From assembly GCA_009886115.1 (NCBI GenBank), contig VFJJ01000197.1, positions 1 to 40,177 on the forward strand: a stretch of 40,177 nucleotides of DNA, written 5' to 3'. Origin of the DNA: Actinomycetota bacterium (GTDB lineage: Bacteria > Actinomycetota > Acidimicrobiia > IMCC26256 > VFJJ01). Positions 18,043-27,217 of this stretch are shown here, one piece after another. The position numbers and the translations under genes are program-made. The first letter of the stretch is position 1; each line of letters starts with the position of its first letter. The notes under the pieces were generated by a model. The model searched no databases, was not told the origin of the DNA, and saw only the letters and a program-made list of their open reading frames with translations.

Positions 18043-18723
18043 ATGAACCGGAGCTCACCACGGCTCTCATGGGCGACGATCGCAATCCTGGCTTTCGTGA
18101 TCTCCTTTGGCGACGGCTTCATCGCCACGTCCCTACACGGTGCGATCGGTGCTATCGAGCGCACCGGTTCGCCGTTTGCGTACTGGCTTCGTAGCTCGAC
18201 GTTGATGCTCCCGCTGTACGTCCTAGCGGTGACGGTTGCCCTCGTGGCCGCACGTCGCTGGGTCGGGCAGAGCCGGCGAACGCCGGTCAAGCTGGCCGTC
18301 GCCGCGCTACTCGTCATCGGGATCACGAGCGCCGTCGGGGTCGCCGAGGTGGCAGCCAGCTCGACGTACGACTACCACCTCCAGTCACGTGAGCTGGAAC
18401 GCGTGCATTCGGTGCATTCGGTGCATTCACATCCGAGCAGCACCCACCCCGCAACGCTCGATCTGGCGTCGGGTTCAACATGTTCTGCGCTCTGTGAGGC
18501 GAAGCGCTCCACGCTCGCCGTGCATGTGCGGGCCGTGAAGTACGCCGCCGTCGTGCTGTTGATCACGAACCTCGTGCTGGTCGCATTCGTGCTGGTGTTC
18601 CGCGGCGATCGCTTGTGGCTGCGGCACGACCGGATACGGGGTGCGCATCGGGGACGACACCGCCACCGTGCCGCTGGCGGTGTCGGGCATCTCGCCGGAA
18701 CCCGAACCTCGATCGCCTCATGA
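18043..18723 (+). CDS. Membrane protein (about 4 TM) with a His-rich loop and a CxxxC motif
   Basis: Hydrophobic segments; loop VHSVHSVHSHPSSTH...TCSALC; RBS GAGGAG at 18027-18032 (alternative start 18007). The stop overlaps the next ATG (ATGA). Confidence 0.75.
   Translation: MNRSSPRLSWATIAILAFVISFGDGFIATSLHGAIGAIERTGSPFAYWLRSSTLMLPLYVLAVTVALVAARRWVGQSRRTPVKLAVAALLVIGITSAVGVAEVAASSTYDYHLQSRELERVHSVHSVHSHPSSTHPATLDLASGSTCSALCEAKRSTLAVHVRAVKYAAVVLLITNLVLVAFVLVFRGDRLWLRHDRIRGAHRGRHRHRAAGGVGHLAGTRTSIAS
18403..18429 (+). repeat. 9-bp tandem repeat GTGCATTCR x3 encoding (Val-His-Ser)3
   Basis: GTGCATTCG-GTGCATTCG-GTGCATTCA read directly from the sequence. Confidence 0.9.
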
Positions 18724-20288
18724 CACTGACTCGGCGCGAGATGCTCAAGTTGGGGCTGGCGGGGTCGGCGGCGATCGCGTTGCCCGTCCGGCGGATGGTT
18801 CGCGCCGACGACGGGCCCGGTCGGATTTCCGAGAGCCGCCTCCCTGAGCCTTTCACGGTGCCCTTCGCGGCGCTGCAGGTACTGGCACCGTCTCGTGTCG
18901 ACGCGACGACCGACTACTACTCGATCACCCAGCGCCCGGCAACGGCCCAGATCATCCCCGGGTTCGACACGCCGGTGTGGGGGTACAACGGCCTCGTACC
19001 CGGGCCCACGATCGAGGCTCAGCAGGGTCGACGGGTCGTTGTGCGCATGGCCAACGCCTTACCGGCGACGCATCCCACTCTGGGCTACCTCCCGTCGACG
19101 TCGACCCATCTTCACGGCGCGCCGTCCCGTCCCCAGTACGACGGGTACGCCAACGACCTGACGCTCCCCGGGCAGTGGAAGGACTACGTCTACAACGACG
19201 TGCCCAACGGCCGCACGATCTGGTACCACGATCACGCCGTCCACCACACGGCCCCGAACGTGTACATGGGCCTGGCCGGCATGTACCTCGTGCGAGACCC
19301 GCTCGAGCAGGGGCTGGCGATCCCCCAGGGCCGCTATGACGTGCCCCTGATGATCCAGGACGCGCTCTTCGCCAGCGACGGCAGCCTCCTCTTCGACGAC
19401 GATGACGAGTCGGGCCTGATGGGCGACGTCATCCTCGTCAACGGTCGGCCGTGGCCGGTGATGCGGGTGGAGCGGCGCAAGTACCGGTTCCGGATCCTGA
19501 TCGCCAGCTTGTCGCGCTCGTACCGGCTGGCCCTCGACACGGGTGATCCGCTCACCGTGATCGCCACCGACGGCGGCTTGATGGCGGCCCCTCAGCCCGT
19601 CACCAGACTCCCCGCCAGCACGGCGGAGCGTTACGAGGTGATCATCGACTTCGCCAAGTATCCGATCGGGCGACGAGTCGTGCTGCGCAACCTGAGCAAC
19701 AAGAACAACGTCGACTATCCCGATACCGACAAGGTCATGGCCTTCGACGTCGTCGATGAGCCCTCGAGCACGGAGGGTAACTCGATCCCCTCGGTGCTCG
19801 ACCCGAACAACCCCGTGATGGCCCTCGATCCGGCCCTGGCGGTGGCCCGGCGATCGATGAAGCTCGATCGCGGTGGCGGCCAGTGGACGATCAGTGATGT
19901 GATCTGGGACGACATCGTGGCCAGCAGGTTCAGGAAGGTGTTCGCCAACCCCCAGCTGAACGACGTCGAGATCTGGACGCTCCAGAATTCGAGCGGCGGT
20001 TGGTTCCACCCGTTGCACCTCCACCTCGTCGACTTCAAGATCCTCGACCGCAACGGCAAGCCTCCGCGGGCTCACGAACGGGGCCCGAAGGACACCGTGT
20101 ATCTCGGCGAGAACGAGACGATCCGCGTAATCGCCCGTTTCGGCCCCCACCGCGGTCGATACCTGGTGCACTGCCACAACGTCGTGCACGAAGACCACGA
20201 CATGATGACCCAATACGAGGTCGGAACCGGCGGAGACGACCCCATCACGAGCGCGCCCGCAGTGTGGGGCACCCCTCCCGCTCCCTGA
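18720..20288 (+). CDS. Multicopper oxidase 3, close paralogue of oxidase 1, Tat-exported, 522 aa
   Basis: TRREMLK; THLHG, WYHDH, HPLHLHL, HCHNVVHEDHDMM; long identical blocks with oxidase 1 (MGDVILVNGRPWPVM, TDKVMAFDVV, VLDPNNPVMAL, LVDFKILDRNG). Confidence 0.95.
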   Translation: MTLTRREMLKLGLAGSAAIALPVRRMVRADDGPGRISESRLPEPFTVPFAALQVLAPSRVDATTDYYSITQRPATAQIIPGFDTPVWGYNGLVPGPTIEAQQGRRVVVRMANALPATHPTLGYLPSTSTHLHGAPSRPQYDGYANDLTLPGQWKDYVYNDVPNGRTIWYHDHAVHHTAPNVYMGLAGMYLVRDPLEQGLAIPQGRYDVPLMIQDALFASDGSLLFDDDDESGLMGDVILVNGRPWPVMRVERRKYRFRILIASLSRSYRLALDTGDPLTVIATDGGLMAAPQPVTRLPASTAERYEVIIDFAKYPIGRRVVLRNLSNKNNVDYPDTDKVMAFDVVDEPSSTEGNSIPSVLDPNNPVMALDPALAVARRSMKLDRGGGQWTISDVIWDDIVASRFRKVFANPQLNDVEIWTLQNSSGGWFHPLHLHLVDFKILDRNGKPPRAHERGPKDTVYLGENETIRVIARFGPHRGRYLVHCHNVVHEDHDMMTQYEVGTGGDDPITSAPAVWGTPPAP

Positions 20289-20303
20289 TCAAAGGGCTGT
20301 TCG

Positions 20304-20843
20304 ATGAGCATCGAGACCGAGATCCAGCCGGTGGGCTCTCCCGCCGTTGGCGCACCCCCGGCCGTCGCCGCGAAGTGCTCCGCATCGAGACGGGCCGTGG
20401 CGCTCGGAGCCTTCACGTCGGCCTATGCCGGGCTCGTCCACCTCGTCGTGGCCCCCGAGCACCTGGGCCACTGGTGGGTGTTCGGGGTGTTCATGATCGC
20501 CGTCGGCGTGGGCCAGATCGGATTGGCCGGCTGGGTGCTCCGCCGACCGGGGACATCGTCGGCGATGGTCGGGATCCTGGGCTCGCTGGCGATCGTCGCC
20601 GTCTACTTCGTCGCCCACACCCGGGGCATCGACATCGGTCCGGCCGGAGACGACGGTCACGGTGGGGGTCACGACGCCGAGACGGCCGGACCGGCCGCGA
20701 TCGCGGCGACGGTTGGCGAGCTCGTCACCATCGGCGCCTTCATCACCCTGTTGCCGCTCATGTTGCGCCGGCGCGTCGTGAATCTCCTGGGGGCGCTCGG
20801 GCTCGGGGCCTGGGCGCTCTGGCTGCTCGGCGGCCTGGGTTGA
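20304..20843 (+). CDS. Membrane protein (about 5 TM) with membrane-associated histidines
   Basis: AGLVHLVVAPEHLGHWWVFGVFMIAVGVGQ and the loop DDGHGGGHD; otherwise hydrophobic. Confidence 0.8.
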   Translation: MSIETEIQPVGSPAVGAPPAVAAKCSASRRAVALGAFTSAYAGLVHLVVAPEHLGHWWVFGVFMIAVGVGQIGLAGWVLRRPGTSSAMVGILGSLAIVAVYFVAHTRGIDIGPAGDDGHGGGHDAETAGPAAIAATVGELVTIGAFITLLPLMLRRRVVNLLGALGLGAWALWLLGGLG

Positions 20844-21493
20844 CAGCCGAAGCCCCGACGGAAGCTCTCGCCGTCGCCGACTCCCTCAAGGACGCCGACG
20901 CGCTCTCGGACATCGACGGCTGCGCGGACATCGACGCTGAAGGCCGTGTCGGCGCCGGCGCGGTGCGCCCGGGCCCGGCGGGCGATCTTCATCTTCGGAC
21001 CCGTCGGTGGCCGCTTCGCCTGCGCACGGTTCTCGGACTTGTCCTCGCAGCCGGCGCGCTGGTGTGCTGGATGTTCGTCGCCGAGCCCGTGCGGGTGCAG
21101 TCTTCGAGCATGGCGCCGACGCTCGATGACGGCGATCGGATCATCGTGAACAAGCTGGCCTACAGGGTCCACGATCCCCGCTCGGGTGACGTGATCGTCT
21201 TGGAAGCGCCCGACGATGCTGGGCTGGTCGTCAAGCGCGTCGTGGCCGTCGGGGGCGACGAGGTGGGTATCGAGGACGGGGTGCTCGTCGTCAACGGGGT
21301 GGCGAGGAGTGAGGCCTACGTCGACCAGGAGACCATCGACGGTGTTTACTTCGGCCCGGTCGAGGTTCCCGTGGGCACGGTGTTCGTGATGGGCGACAAC
21401 CGGGCCGAGTCGGTCGACTCTCGAGAGTACGGCGCCGTGTCGATCGACGATGTCGTCGGGCGGGTCTCGTGGCGGGTGTGGCCGCTCGGGTGA
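20840..21493 (+). CDS. lepB: Signal peptidase I
   Basis: TM helix followed by SSSMAPTL (Ser), VVKRV (Lys) and MGDNRAESVDSR. The probable TTG start overlaps the upstream stop (TTGA); start uncertain. Confidence 0.92.
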   Translation: MTAEAPTEALAVADSLKDADALSDIDGCADIDAEGRVGAGAVRPGPAGDLHLRTRRWPLRLRTVLGLVLAAGALVCWMFVAEPVRVQSSSMAPTLDDGDRIIVNKLAYRVHDPRSGDVIVLEAPDDAGLVVKRVVAVGGDEVGIEDGVLVVNGVARSEAYVDQETIDGVYFGPVEVPVGTVFVMGDNRAESVDSREYGAVSIDDVVGRVSWRVWPLG

Positions 21494-21548
21494 CGGGCCG
21501 GGCTCAGGCGAGCGCCTTGGAGCGGTCGTCGGCGTGGCAGCATGCTCC

Positions 21549-22493
21549 ATGATCGAGCGCGCCGTTGCTGTCGACCGTCCGGACTTCACCGTCCACCACT
21601 CGCCGCTCCCGGGGCGCGACGTGACCGCTGCCTACTGGCGTGAGGGAGTGGGCGGCCGTCCACTCGTGCTGTTGCACGGATTCCCCGAGACCAAGCGGAT
21701 CTGGGCCCGATGCGTGCAGCCCCTCGCCGATGCCGGCTTCGAGGTGATCGTTCCCGACCTCCGCGGCTACGGCGACAGCAGCCTGGCGCCCGACGGCCAC
21801 TACGACATCGTCGCGTACAGCCTCGACGCCCATGCCCTGGTCCACGACGTGCTCGGCCACGAGACGTGCAGCGTGGTCGGCGGAGACGTCGGTGGGGCGG
21901 TACTCCCCGACCTCTCAGCCCGGTTCGCGGGCTTCGTAGAGCGCCAGGTGATCTTCAACACCATGGCCCCGCATCTCCCCGAGCTCTACGAGGCCGCAGG
22001 CATCGCGCCCGATCCGCCGGTCACCGAGCGGCCCCAGTCCGACTACTTCGTCCGCCAGGGCACCGATGCCGACGGCCTCATCGCCGAGCTGGCCACGCCC
22101 CAGCTGCGCCGGTCGTACATCCGCGACTTCTACACACACCGCCTGTGGGGAGCGCCCGGAGCCTTCACCCGCGACGACGTGGAGTGGATGGCCGAGCCGT
22201 TCGAGGACGCCGCCCGGCTCCGGGCCGCGATCGCGGTCTACGAGTCGGCCTTCGGCAATCGCCAGTTGGAGGCCCCCCCGGCCAACCGTGGCCCGAACGC
22301 GACGCCCACGCTCATCCTGTACGGCCCCGAGGACCACGTCGTCGCGCCATCGTTCTACCGTCGCTGCGAGGTCGCCTTCCCCGTGCACGTCGGACCCTTC
22401 CTCGTGCCCGGGGCCGGGCATTTCCTCCAATGGGAGCGGGCCGACATCCTCGTGAACGCCGTCGTCTCGTTCCTCGGCGCGCCGGCGCAATGA
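21549..22493 (+). CDS. Alpha/beta hydrolase, epoxide hydrolase/haloacid dehalogenase-like
   Basis: LLHGFPE, PDLRGYGDS, GGDVGG (Asp nucleophile), AGHFLQWE. Confidence 0.9.
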   Translation: MIERAVAVDRPDFTVHHSPLPGRDVTAAYWREGVGGRPLVLLHGFPETKRIWARCVQPLADAGFEVIVPDLRGYGDSSLAPDGHYDIVAYSLDAHALVHDVLGHETCSVVGGDVGGAVLPDLSARFAGFVERQVIFNTMAPHLPELYEAAGIAPDPPVTERPQSDYFVRQGTDADGLIAELATPQLRRSYIRDFYTHRLWGAPGAFTRDDVEWMAEPFEDAARLRAAIAVYESAFGNRQLEAPPANRGPNATPTLILYGPEDHVVAPSFYRRCEVAFPVHVGPFLVPGAGHFLQWERADILVNAVVSFLGAPAQ

Positions 22494-22512
22494 TGAATGC
22501 GACAGGGAACCG

Positions 22513-24209
22513 ATGAGCGCCCGTCTGGTCTACGACCACTTCTACTCGTACGAGGAGCTCGGGAGCTTCCTGCACGACCTGGCCGCCGAGTTCCCCGGGT
22601 TGCTGAGCGTCGAGAGCATCGGGAGGTCGTTCCAGGGACGTGAGCTGTGGCTGGCGACGGTCACCAACTCGGCGACCGCTCCACACTCCGAGAAGCCGGC
22701 ACTGTGGCTGGAGGCCAACATCCATGCCATCGAGCTGACGGGTTCCCATGCCGCGCTCCAACTGATCGAGCGCCTCGTGACCACACATGGCCACGACGAG
22801 CGGGTGACGAGGGTCCTCGACACCCGCTGCTTCTACGTGCTCCCCCGCCTCAATCCCGACGGCGCCGAACACGTGATGCGCCCAGGTGCTGCGTACGTCC
22901 GCTCGTCGGTGCGCCCCTACCCGCGGCTCGACCAGCAGGACGGCTTGGTGGAGGGTGACGTCGACGGTGACGGGCGGGTCCTCACCATGCGGGTTCCCGA
23001 TCCTAACGGGGCCTGGATGGCCCATCCCGACGAGCCCCGGCTCCTCGTGCTACGCGACCCCGAGGACGACGGCGCCGCCGGCCCGTGCTTCCGGCTCCTG
23101 CGCGAAGGCACGATCGAGGGCTACGACGGAACGCTCGTCCCCATCGCCCCCGACCTGTTCGGGCTCGATCTCAACCGCAACTACCCCATGGAGTGGCGCC
23201 CCGAGGGCGATCAGACGGGTGCCGGTCCGTATCCGACGTCGGAACCCGAGATCGCGGCCGAGGTCGCGGCCATCACCGAGCGGCGCAACATCTCGGCGTT
23301 CGTCGCGTACCACACCCACGGTGGGCTCTATCTCCGTCCGTACAGCGCGCACGCCGACGACACCATGCCCACCTCCGATCTCCGGACCTACACCAAGATC
23401 GGACGAAAGGCGACCGAGCTCACCGGATACCCGGTGCTGGCGGTGTTCCATGACTTCCTCTATCACCCCAAGCAGGTGGAGACGGGGGCGTCCGACGACT
23501 GGGCCTACGACCATCTCGGCGTCTTCGCCTGGACGGTCGAGTTCTGGAGCCCCAAACGCCGGGCCGGCATCGCCGACGACAAGCCCATCGACTGGTTTCG
23601 TGAGCACCCGGTCGCCGACGATCTCGCGATCATGCGGTGGAACGACGAAGCCTTGGGAACAGAGGGTTTCGTCGACTGGTACCCGGTCGAGCATCCGCAG
23701 CTCGGACCGGTGGAGCTCGGCGGCTTCCCCTGCTCCAGCCGTGGAGCAACCCGCCGTTCTCGATGCTGGAGGCCGAGATCGCCCCACACGCCGACATGAT
23801 GATCCACCACCTGTTGATCTCGCCCCTGCTGCGGCAGCGTTCGGTGGAGGTCTCGGCGGTCGGCCCCGGGGTGTGGAAGGTGCGGGTGGTCGTCGAGAAC
23901 GCCGGTTGGCTGCCCACCAAGGTCACAGAGAAGGCCGTGGAACGCAAGGCGGTACGACCGATCGAGGCCGAGATCGTCGTGCCCGACGGTGCGGTGCTGG
24001 TGGGCGGCGATCGGAGGATCGAGCTGGGCCAGCTCTCGGGCCGGTCGTCGAAGACCACGCCCATGGACGCCTTCTCGGGGACCCTCGATCCCACGTCGGA
24101 TCGGGCCAAGGTCGAGTGGGTCGTGCGGGCTGCCGAGGGCACCACGGTCTCGGTCACGGTGCGCCACGACCGCGGCGGCGTCGTGCGAGCCGACATCGTC
24201 CTGGCCTGA
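22513..24209 (+). pseudogene. M14 zinc carboxypeptidase split by a 1-nt frameshift at about 23728 (real lesion or sequencing error)
   Basis: The first frame has NIHAIE, LNPDG, DLNRN, YHT and TVEFW. After GPVELGGF the plausible sequence continues in another frame (LLQPWSNPPFSMLEAEI...VENAGWLPT...DIVLA). One extra C in TTCCCCTG would give a single ORF of about 565 aa. Confidence 0.85.
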
Positions 24210-24370
24210 CCGCGGCGGTCGGCGGCATCTTCACGCAGTTCGGCGGACCGCTCGGCCACACCGCAGTCATGGCACGCGAGTTCGCCATACCCGCCGTGGT
24301 CGGCGCCGGTGTGCTTCCGCTGCACCTGAACGGGCTCCTCGGGACCCTCACGGCTCCGCCGCCCCGCTGA
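24206..24370 (+). pseudogene. Isolated fragment of a PEP-utilising enzyme mobile (phosphohistidine) domain
   Basis: GGIFTQFGGPLGHTAVMAREFAIPAVVG matches the GG.LSH.A..ARE.GIPAVVG signature; only about 54 codons, with no conventional start before the motif. Confidence 0.7.
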
Positions 24371-24390
24371 CGGCTCGGCCGCCGGCCAGG

Positions 24391-25260
24391 TCAGGTCAGG
24401 AGGGCCTCGGGGGTGAGGGCGACGATACCGGTCGCGCCCAAGGCCCGGAGATCGCCGAGGCGTTGCCACAGGTCTCTCTGGGTCACGACGAAGTGGACGG
24501 CCACGAGATCGTCGCGGGCGGCGAGGGGGAGCACGGTCGGCGAAGCCAGCCCGGGGAACACCTGGCTCAGATCGCCGACCCGGTCGCGGGGCACGTGCAG
24601 CATCACGTACCGGTGCCGGCGGGCGTCGAGCACGGCTTCGAGGCGGAGCACGAGGTCGTCGAGCACGGCCACGACCTCGCCGACCGCGAGATCACTCGAT
24701 GGGCGGCGCACGAACTCGGCCTGGCAGGCGCCGATGACCTCGAGCGCCCGCAGCCCATTGGTGACGAGGCTGGTGCCGGTCTCGCGCAGGTCGACGATGG
24801 CGTCGGCCAGACCGGCCGCGCACACCCCTTCCAGCGACCCGCCCATGGCGACGACGGTCACGGTGACGCCTCGATCTGCGAAGAAGCGCTCGGTGGTGGC
24901 CGGCAGGTGGGTGGCCACGACGCAGCCGCGGAGATCGTCGACGTTGGCGCGTCCGTCGTCGGCTCGCGAAGCGACGACGAGGTCGGTCTTGGCGAAACCC
25001 AGCGCCAGACTCGGGTAGGTCTCGATGCGGTGCTCGCCCACGATGTCGGTGGCGAGGAACGCCGCATCGAGAGCGCCGGCCGCGAGCGCGGCCGCGGCGT
25101 CGCGGGGCCGCATCTCGATGCACTCCAACCCGTCGACGTTGGCGCGCGCGCCCGCGCCGTGGAACATCGACGTGGAGTATCCGGCAGCCTTGAGGAGCGC
25201 CAGGCAGTCGTCGCGCAGGCGTCCCTTCGACGGGATGGCGACCCGTGCCCCGACGGTCAT
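24391..25260 (-). CDS. hisG: ATP phosphoribosyltransferase (long form)
   Basis: VAIPSKGRL, RPRD, GSLE, ADAIVDLRETGTSL..NGL, and a C-terminal regulatory domain (PGLASPTVLPL); RBS GAGGAG; directly downstream of hisE. Confidence 0.93.
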   Translation of the reverse strand: MTVGARVAIPSKGRLRDDCLALLKAAGYSTSMFHGAGARANVDGLECIEMRPRDAAAALAAGALDAAFLATDIVGEHRIETYPSLALGFAKTDLVVASRADDGRANVDDLRGCVVATHLPATTERFFADRGVTVTVVAMGGSLEGVCAAGLADAIVDLRETGTSLVTNGLRALEVIGACQAEFVRRPSSDLAVGEVVAVLDDLVLRLEAVLDARRHRYVMLHVPRDRVGDLSQVFPGLASPTVLPLAARDDLVAVHFVVTQRDLWQRLGDLRALGATGIVALTPEALLT

Positions 25261-25273
25261 CGTGCTCCTCGGC

Positions 25274-25567
25274 TCATGTCCGGCGCCGGTGGAGCACAGC
25301 GAGCACGTCGTCGATCGAGACGCCGACCCCGACGAGCCCGACGAGGGTGTGGAACAGGAGATCGGCGGCTTCTTCGGCGGTACGGTCACGGTCGATCTGA
25401 GCCCGGCCGAGCTCGAGACACAGCTCGAACGCCTCTTCCATGATCTTTCGCTGGGCCCGTTCGGGATCGGCGAAGAGCGTCGCCGTGTACGAGCCGGGGG
25501 GCGGATCGTCCCGCCGGCTTCGCAGCACGGCTTCGAGCTCAGGGAGCACGTTGACGTCCTCGGCCAT
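25274..25567 (-). CDS. hisE: Phosphoribosyl-ATP pyrophosphohydrolase
   Basis: GSYTATL, RKIMEEAFE, EEAADLLFH, and DDVLAVL.RR at the C-terminus. Confidence 0.93.
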   Translation of the reverse strand: MAEDVNVLPELEAVLRSRRDDPPPGSYTATLFADPERAQRKIMEEAFELCLELGRAQIDRDRTAEEAADLLFHTLVGLVGVGVSIDDVLAVLHRRRT

Positions 25568-25597
25568 CCATCGGCTCCACTCGGTCGCGGTCGTGCC

Positions 25598-25804
25598 TTA
25601 CTTGGCCAGCGTGACGATGGCTTGGGCCCAGGCGACGTACTTGCTCTCAGCCAGATCACGGACGGTCTTGATGTGGAGCGCCTCGTCGAGCAGGCCGGCC
25701 ATACGCGGCGAGATGCCCTGGAGCGCCTCGACGGGCAGATCGGCGATCTCGGCGAAGCTCTTGCCCTCGTGCTCCTTGTCGACGAACTTGGCGATGTCGG
25801 CCAT
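25598..25804 (-). CDS. Conserved-looking small hypothetical protein (68 aa, helix-hairpin-helix-like)
   Basis: RBS AAGGAG; MADIAKFVDKEHEGKSFAEIADLPVEALQGIS...IKTVRDLA..KYVAWAQAIVTL; strong GC3 codon bias. Confidence 0.8.
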   Translation of the reverse strand: MADIAKFVDKEHEGKSFAEIADLPVEALQGISPRMAGLLDEALHIKTVRDLAESKYVAWAQAIVTLAK

Positions 25805-25891
25805 CAGGGTCTCCTTCGTATGTGGGATCTGGAGGGTTGAGTCTCGCGCTTCATGCGACGGGCGCGTTGGCGCGCTCGGGTTCACCGGAGA

Positions 25892-26410
25892 TCACGAGAT
25901 CCGTCGAAGCTCCCGCAGGTAGCGCTCGCGCTTGGCGAGGTAGCTCTGCATGCCGTGGATGATCTCGGCCCGGTCGGCGGCGTTCTCGCGGATCTGGGCC
26001 GGGACCCCGAGCGCCAGCGCTCCCTCGGGCACGATCATCCGGTTCCTGACCACGGCGTTGGCACCCACGAGCGCCCCGGTCTTGACCACGGCCCCGTGGA
26101 GCACGACGGCGGCTGTGCCCACCAGCGCGCCGTCCTCGATCGTGCAGCCCTCGAGGTGTGCGAGATGGCCGATCACGCACTCGGCGCCCACGATCGTCGC
26201 CAGCTCGGCCGTGCAGTGCAGCACCGCGCCGTCTTGGATCGAGGTGCGGGCACCGACCGATATCCGGCTCTCATCGCCCCGCAGCACCGCGCACGGCCAG
26301 ATCGTGGCCTCGGCGCCGATCTCGACGTCGCCGATGATGACGGCTTCGGCGGCGACGAACGCGCTGGGGTGGATGCGGGGAGCGATGTCGCCGAGGGCGT
26401 AGACGGGCAT
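25892..26410 (-). CDS. Gamma carbonic anhydrase family (hexapeptide repeat) protein
   Basis: IIGDVEIG, AVLRGD, TSIQDGAVLH, IGHLAHLEGC; -10 TACCTT 7 nt before the ATG. Confidence 0.92.
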   Translation of the reverse strand: MPVYALGDIAPRIHPSAFVAAEAVIIGDVEIGAEATIWPCAVLRGDESRISVGARTSIQDGAVLHCTAELATIVGAECVIGHLAHLEGCTIEDGALVGTAAVVLHGAVVKTGALVGANAVVRNRMIVPEGALALGVPAQIRENAADRAEIIHGMQSYLAKRERYLRELRRIS

Positions 26411-26467
26411 GACGAGCAAGGTACCGCTGCGCCTCGGTGGGCCTCGCACCCGGTTACCCTGCAGGTG

Positions 26468-27217
26468 ATGCGTGAGCAGGGACCGGCCGGCAACGTCACC
26501 CCGCCACCGCGCCCGAGCGCTGGCGGTCGAACCGACGAACGCCGCATGCTCTCGGGCCGTGATTCCCGAACTGAGGAGTTCCTCCGGGTTCTCCGCATCA
26601 GCGGGGAGTTCATCCGGGGCTTCCGGGCGCTGCACTTCCTGCCGCCCTGCGTGACCCTCTTCGGCTCGGCTCGCTTCGGCGAGGGCCACGAGCACTATGC
26701 CAGCACCCGCCGACTTGCTGGGCGGATCGGCTCCGACGGTTGGGGCGTGATGACCGGCGGGGGGCCGGGGCTGATGGAAGCGGCCAACCGCGGTGCCCGT
26801 GAGGTCGGCGCCCTCTCGGTCGGGGCGACCATCGACGTCAACCGCGAACCAGCAAATCCGTACTGCGACCACACGGTGCCCTTCCACTACTTCTTCGCCC
26901 GCAAGGTGATCCTCGTGAAGTACTCCTACGGCTTCGTGCACGCTCCCGGTGGCTTCGGAACGCTGGACGAGCTCACTGAGGCCTTGACGCTCGTACAGAC
27001 CGGAAAGATCGCCGAGTTCCCGACAATCCTCTTCGGAACCCGGTACTGGCAAGGGTTTCGTGATTGGGTCGCGGACCGCCTGGTTGGCGAAGGCGCCATC
27101 CACCCCGACGATCTCGACCGGCTCGTGATCACCGACGACGACGACGAGCAGGTCTCCGAGATCCTCCGTGGCGCCGCAGCCCATCTCGGCCTCGAGCTCT
27201 CGCCGCGAGCGCTCTGA
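26468..27217 (+). CDS. LOG family (TIGR00730-type) nucleotide phosphoribohydrolase
   Basis: FGSAR, TGGGPGLMEAANRGA, YFFARK, PGGFGTLDEL; -10 TACCCT 7 nt before ATG 26468. Confidence 0.93.
   Translation: MREQGPAGNVTPPPRPSAGGRTDERRMLSGRDSRTEEFLRVLRISGEFIRGFRALHFLPPCVTLFGSARFGEGHEHYASTRRLAGRIGSDGWGVMTGGGPGLMEAANRGAREVGALSVGATIDVNREPANPYCDHTVPFHYFFARKVILVKYSYGFVHAPGGFGTLDELTEALTLVQTGKIAEFPTILFGTRYWQGFRDWVADRLVGEGAIHPDDLDRLVITDDDDEQVSEILRGAAAHLGLELSPRAL

Noticed and set aside
20286..20296. TGATCAAAGGG resembling one half-site of the MCO promoter motif
   Set aside because: Single half-site overlapping a stop codon, with no partner repeat or -10 box at the expected distance.
13745..21548. MCO cluster as a bounded mobile element
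   Set aside because: No integrase, transposase, tRNA target or flanking direct repeats seen; only a qualitative compositional difference.
23725..23732. Programmed ribosomal frameshift in the carboxypeptidase
   Set aside because: No canonical slippery heptamer or evident stimulator; a homopolymer indel is the simpler explanation.
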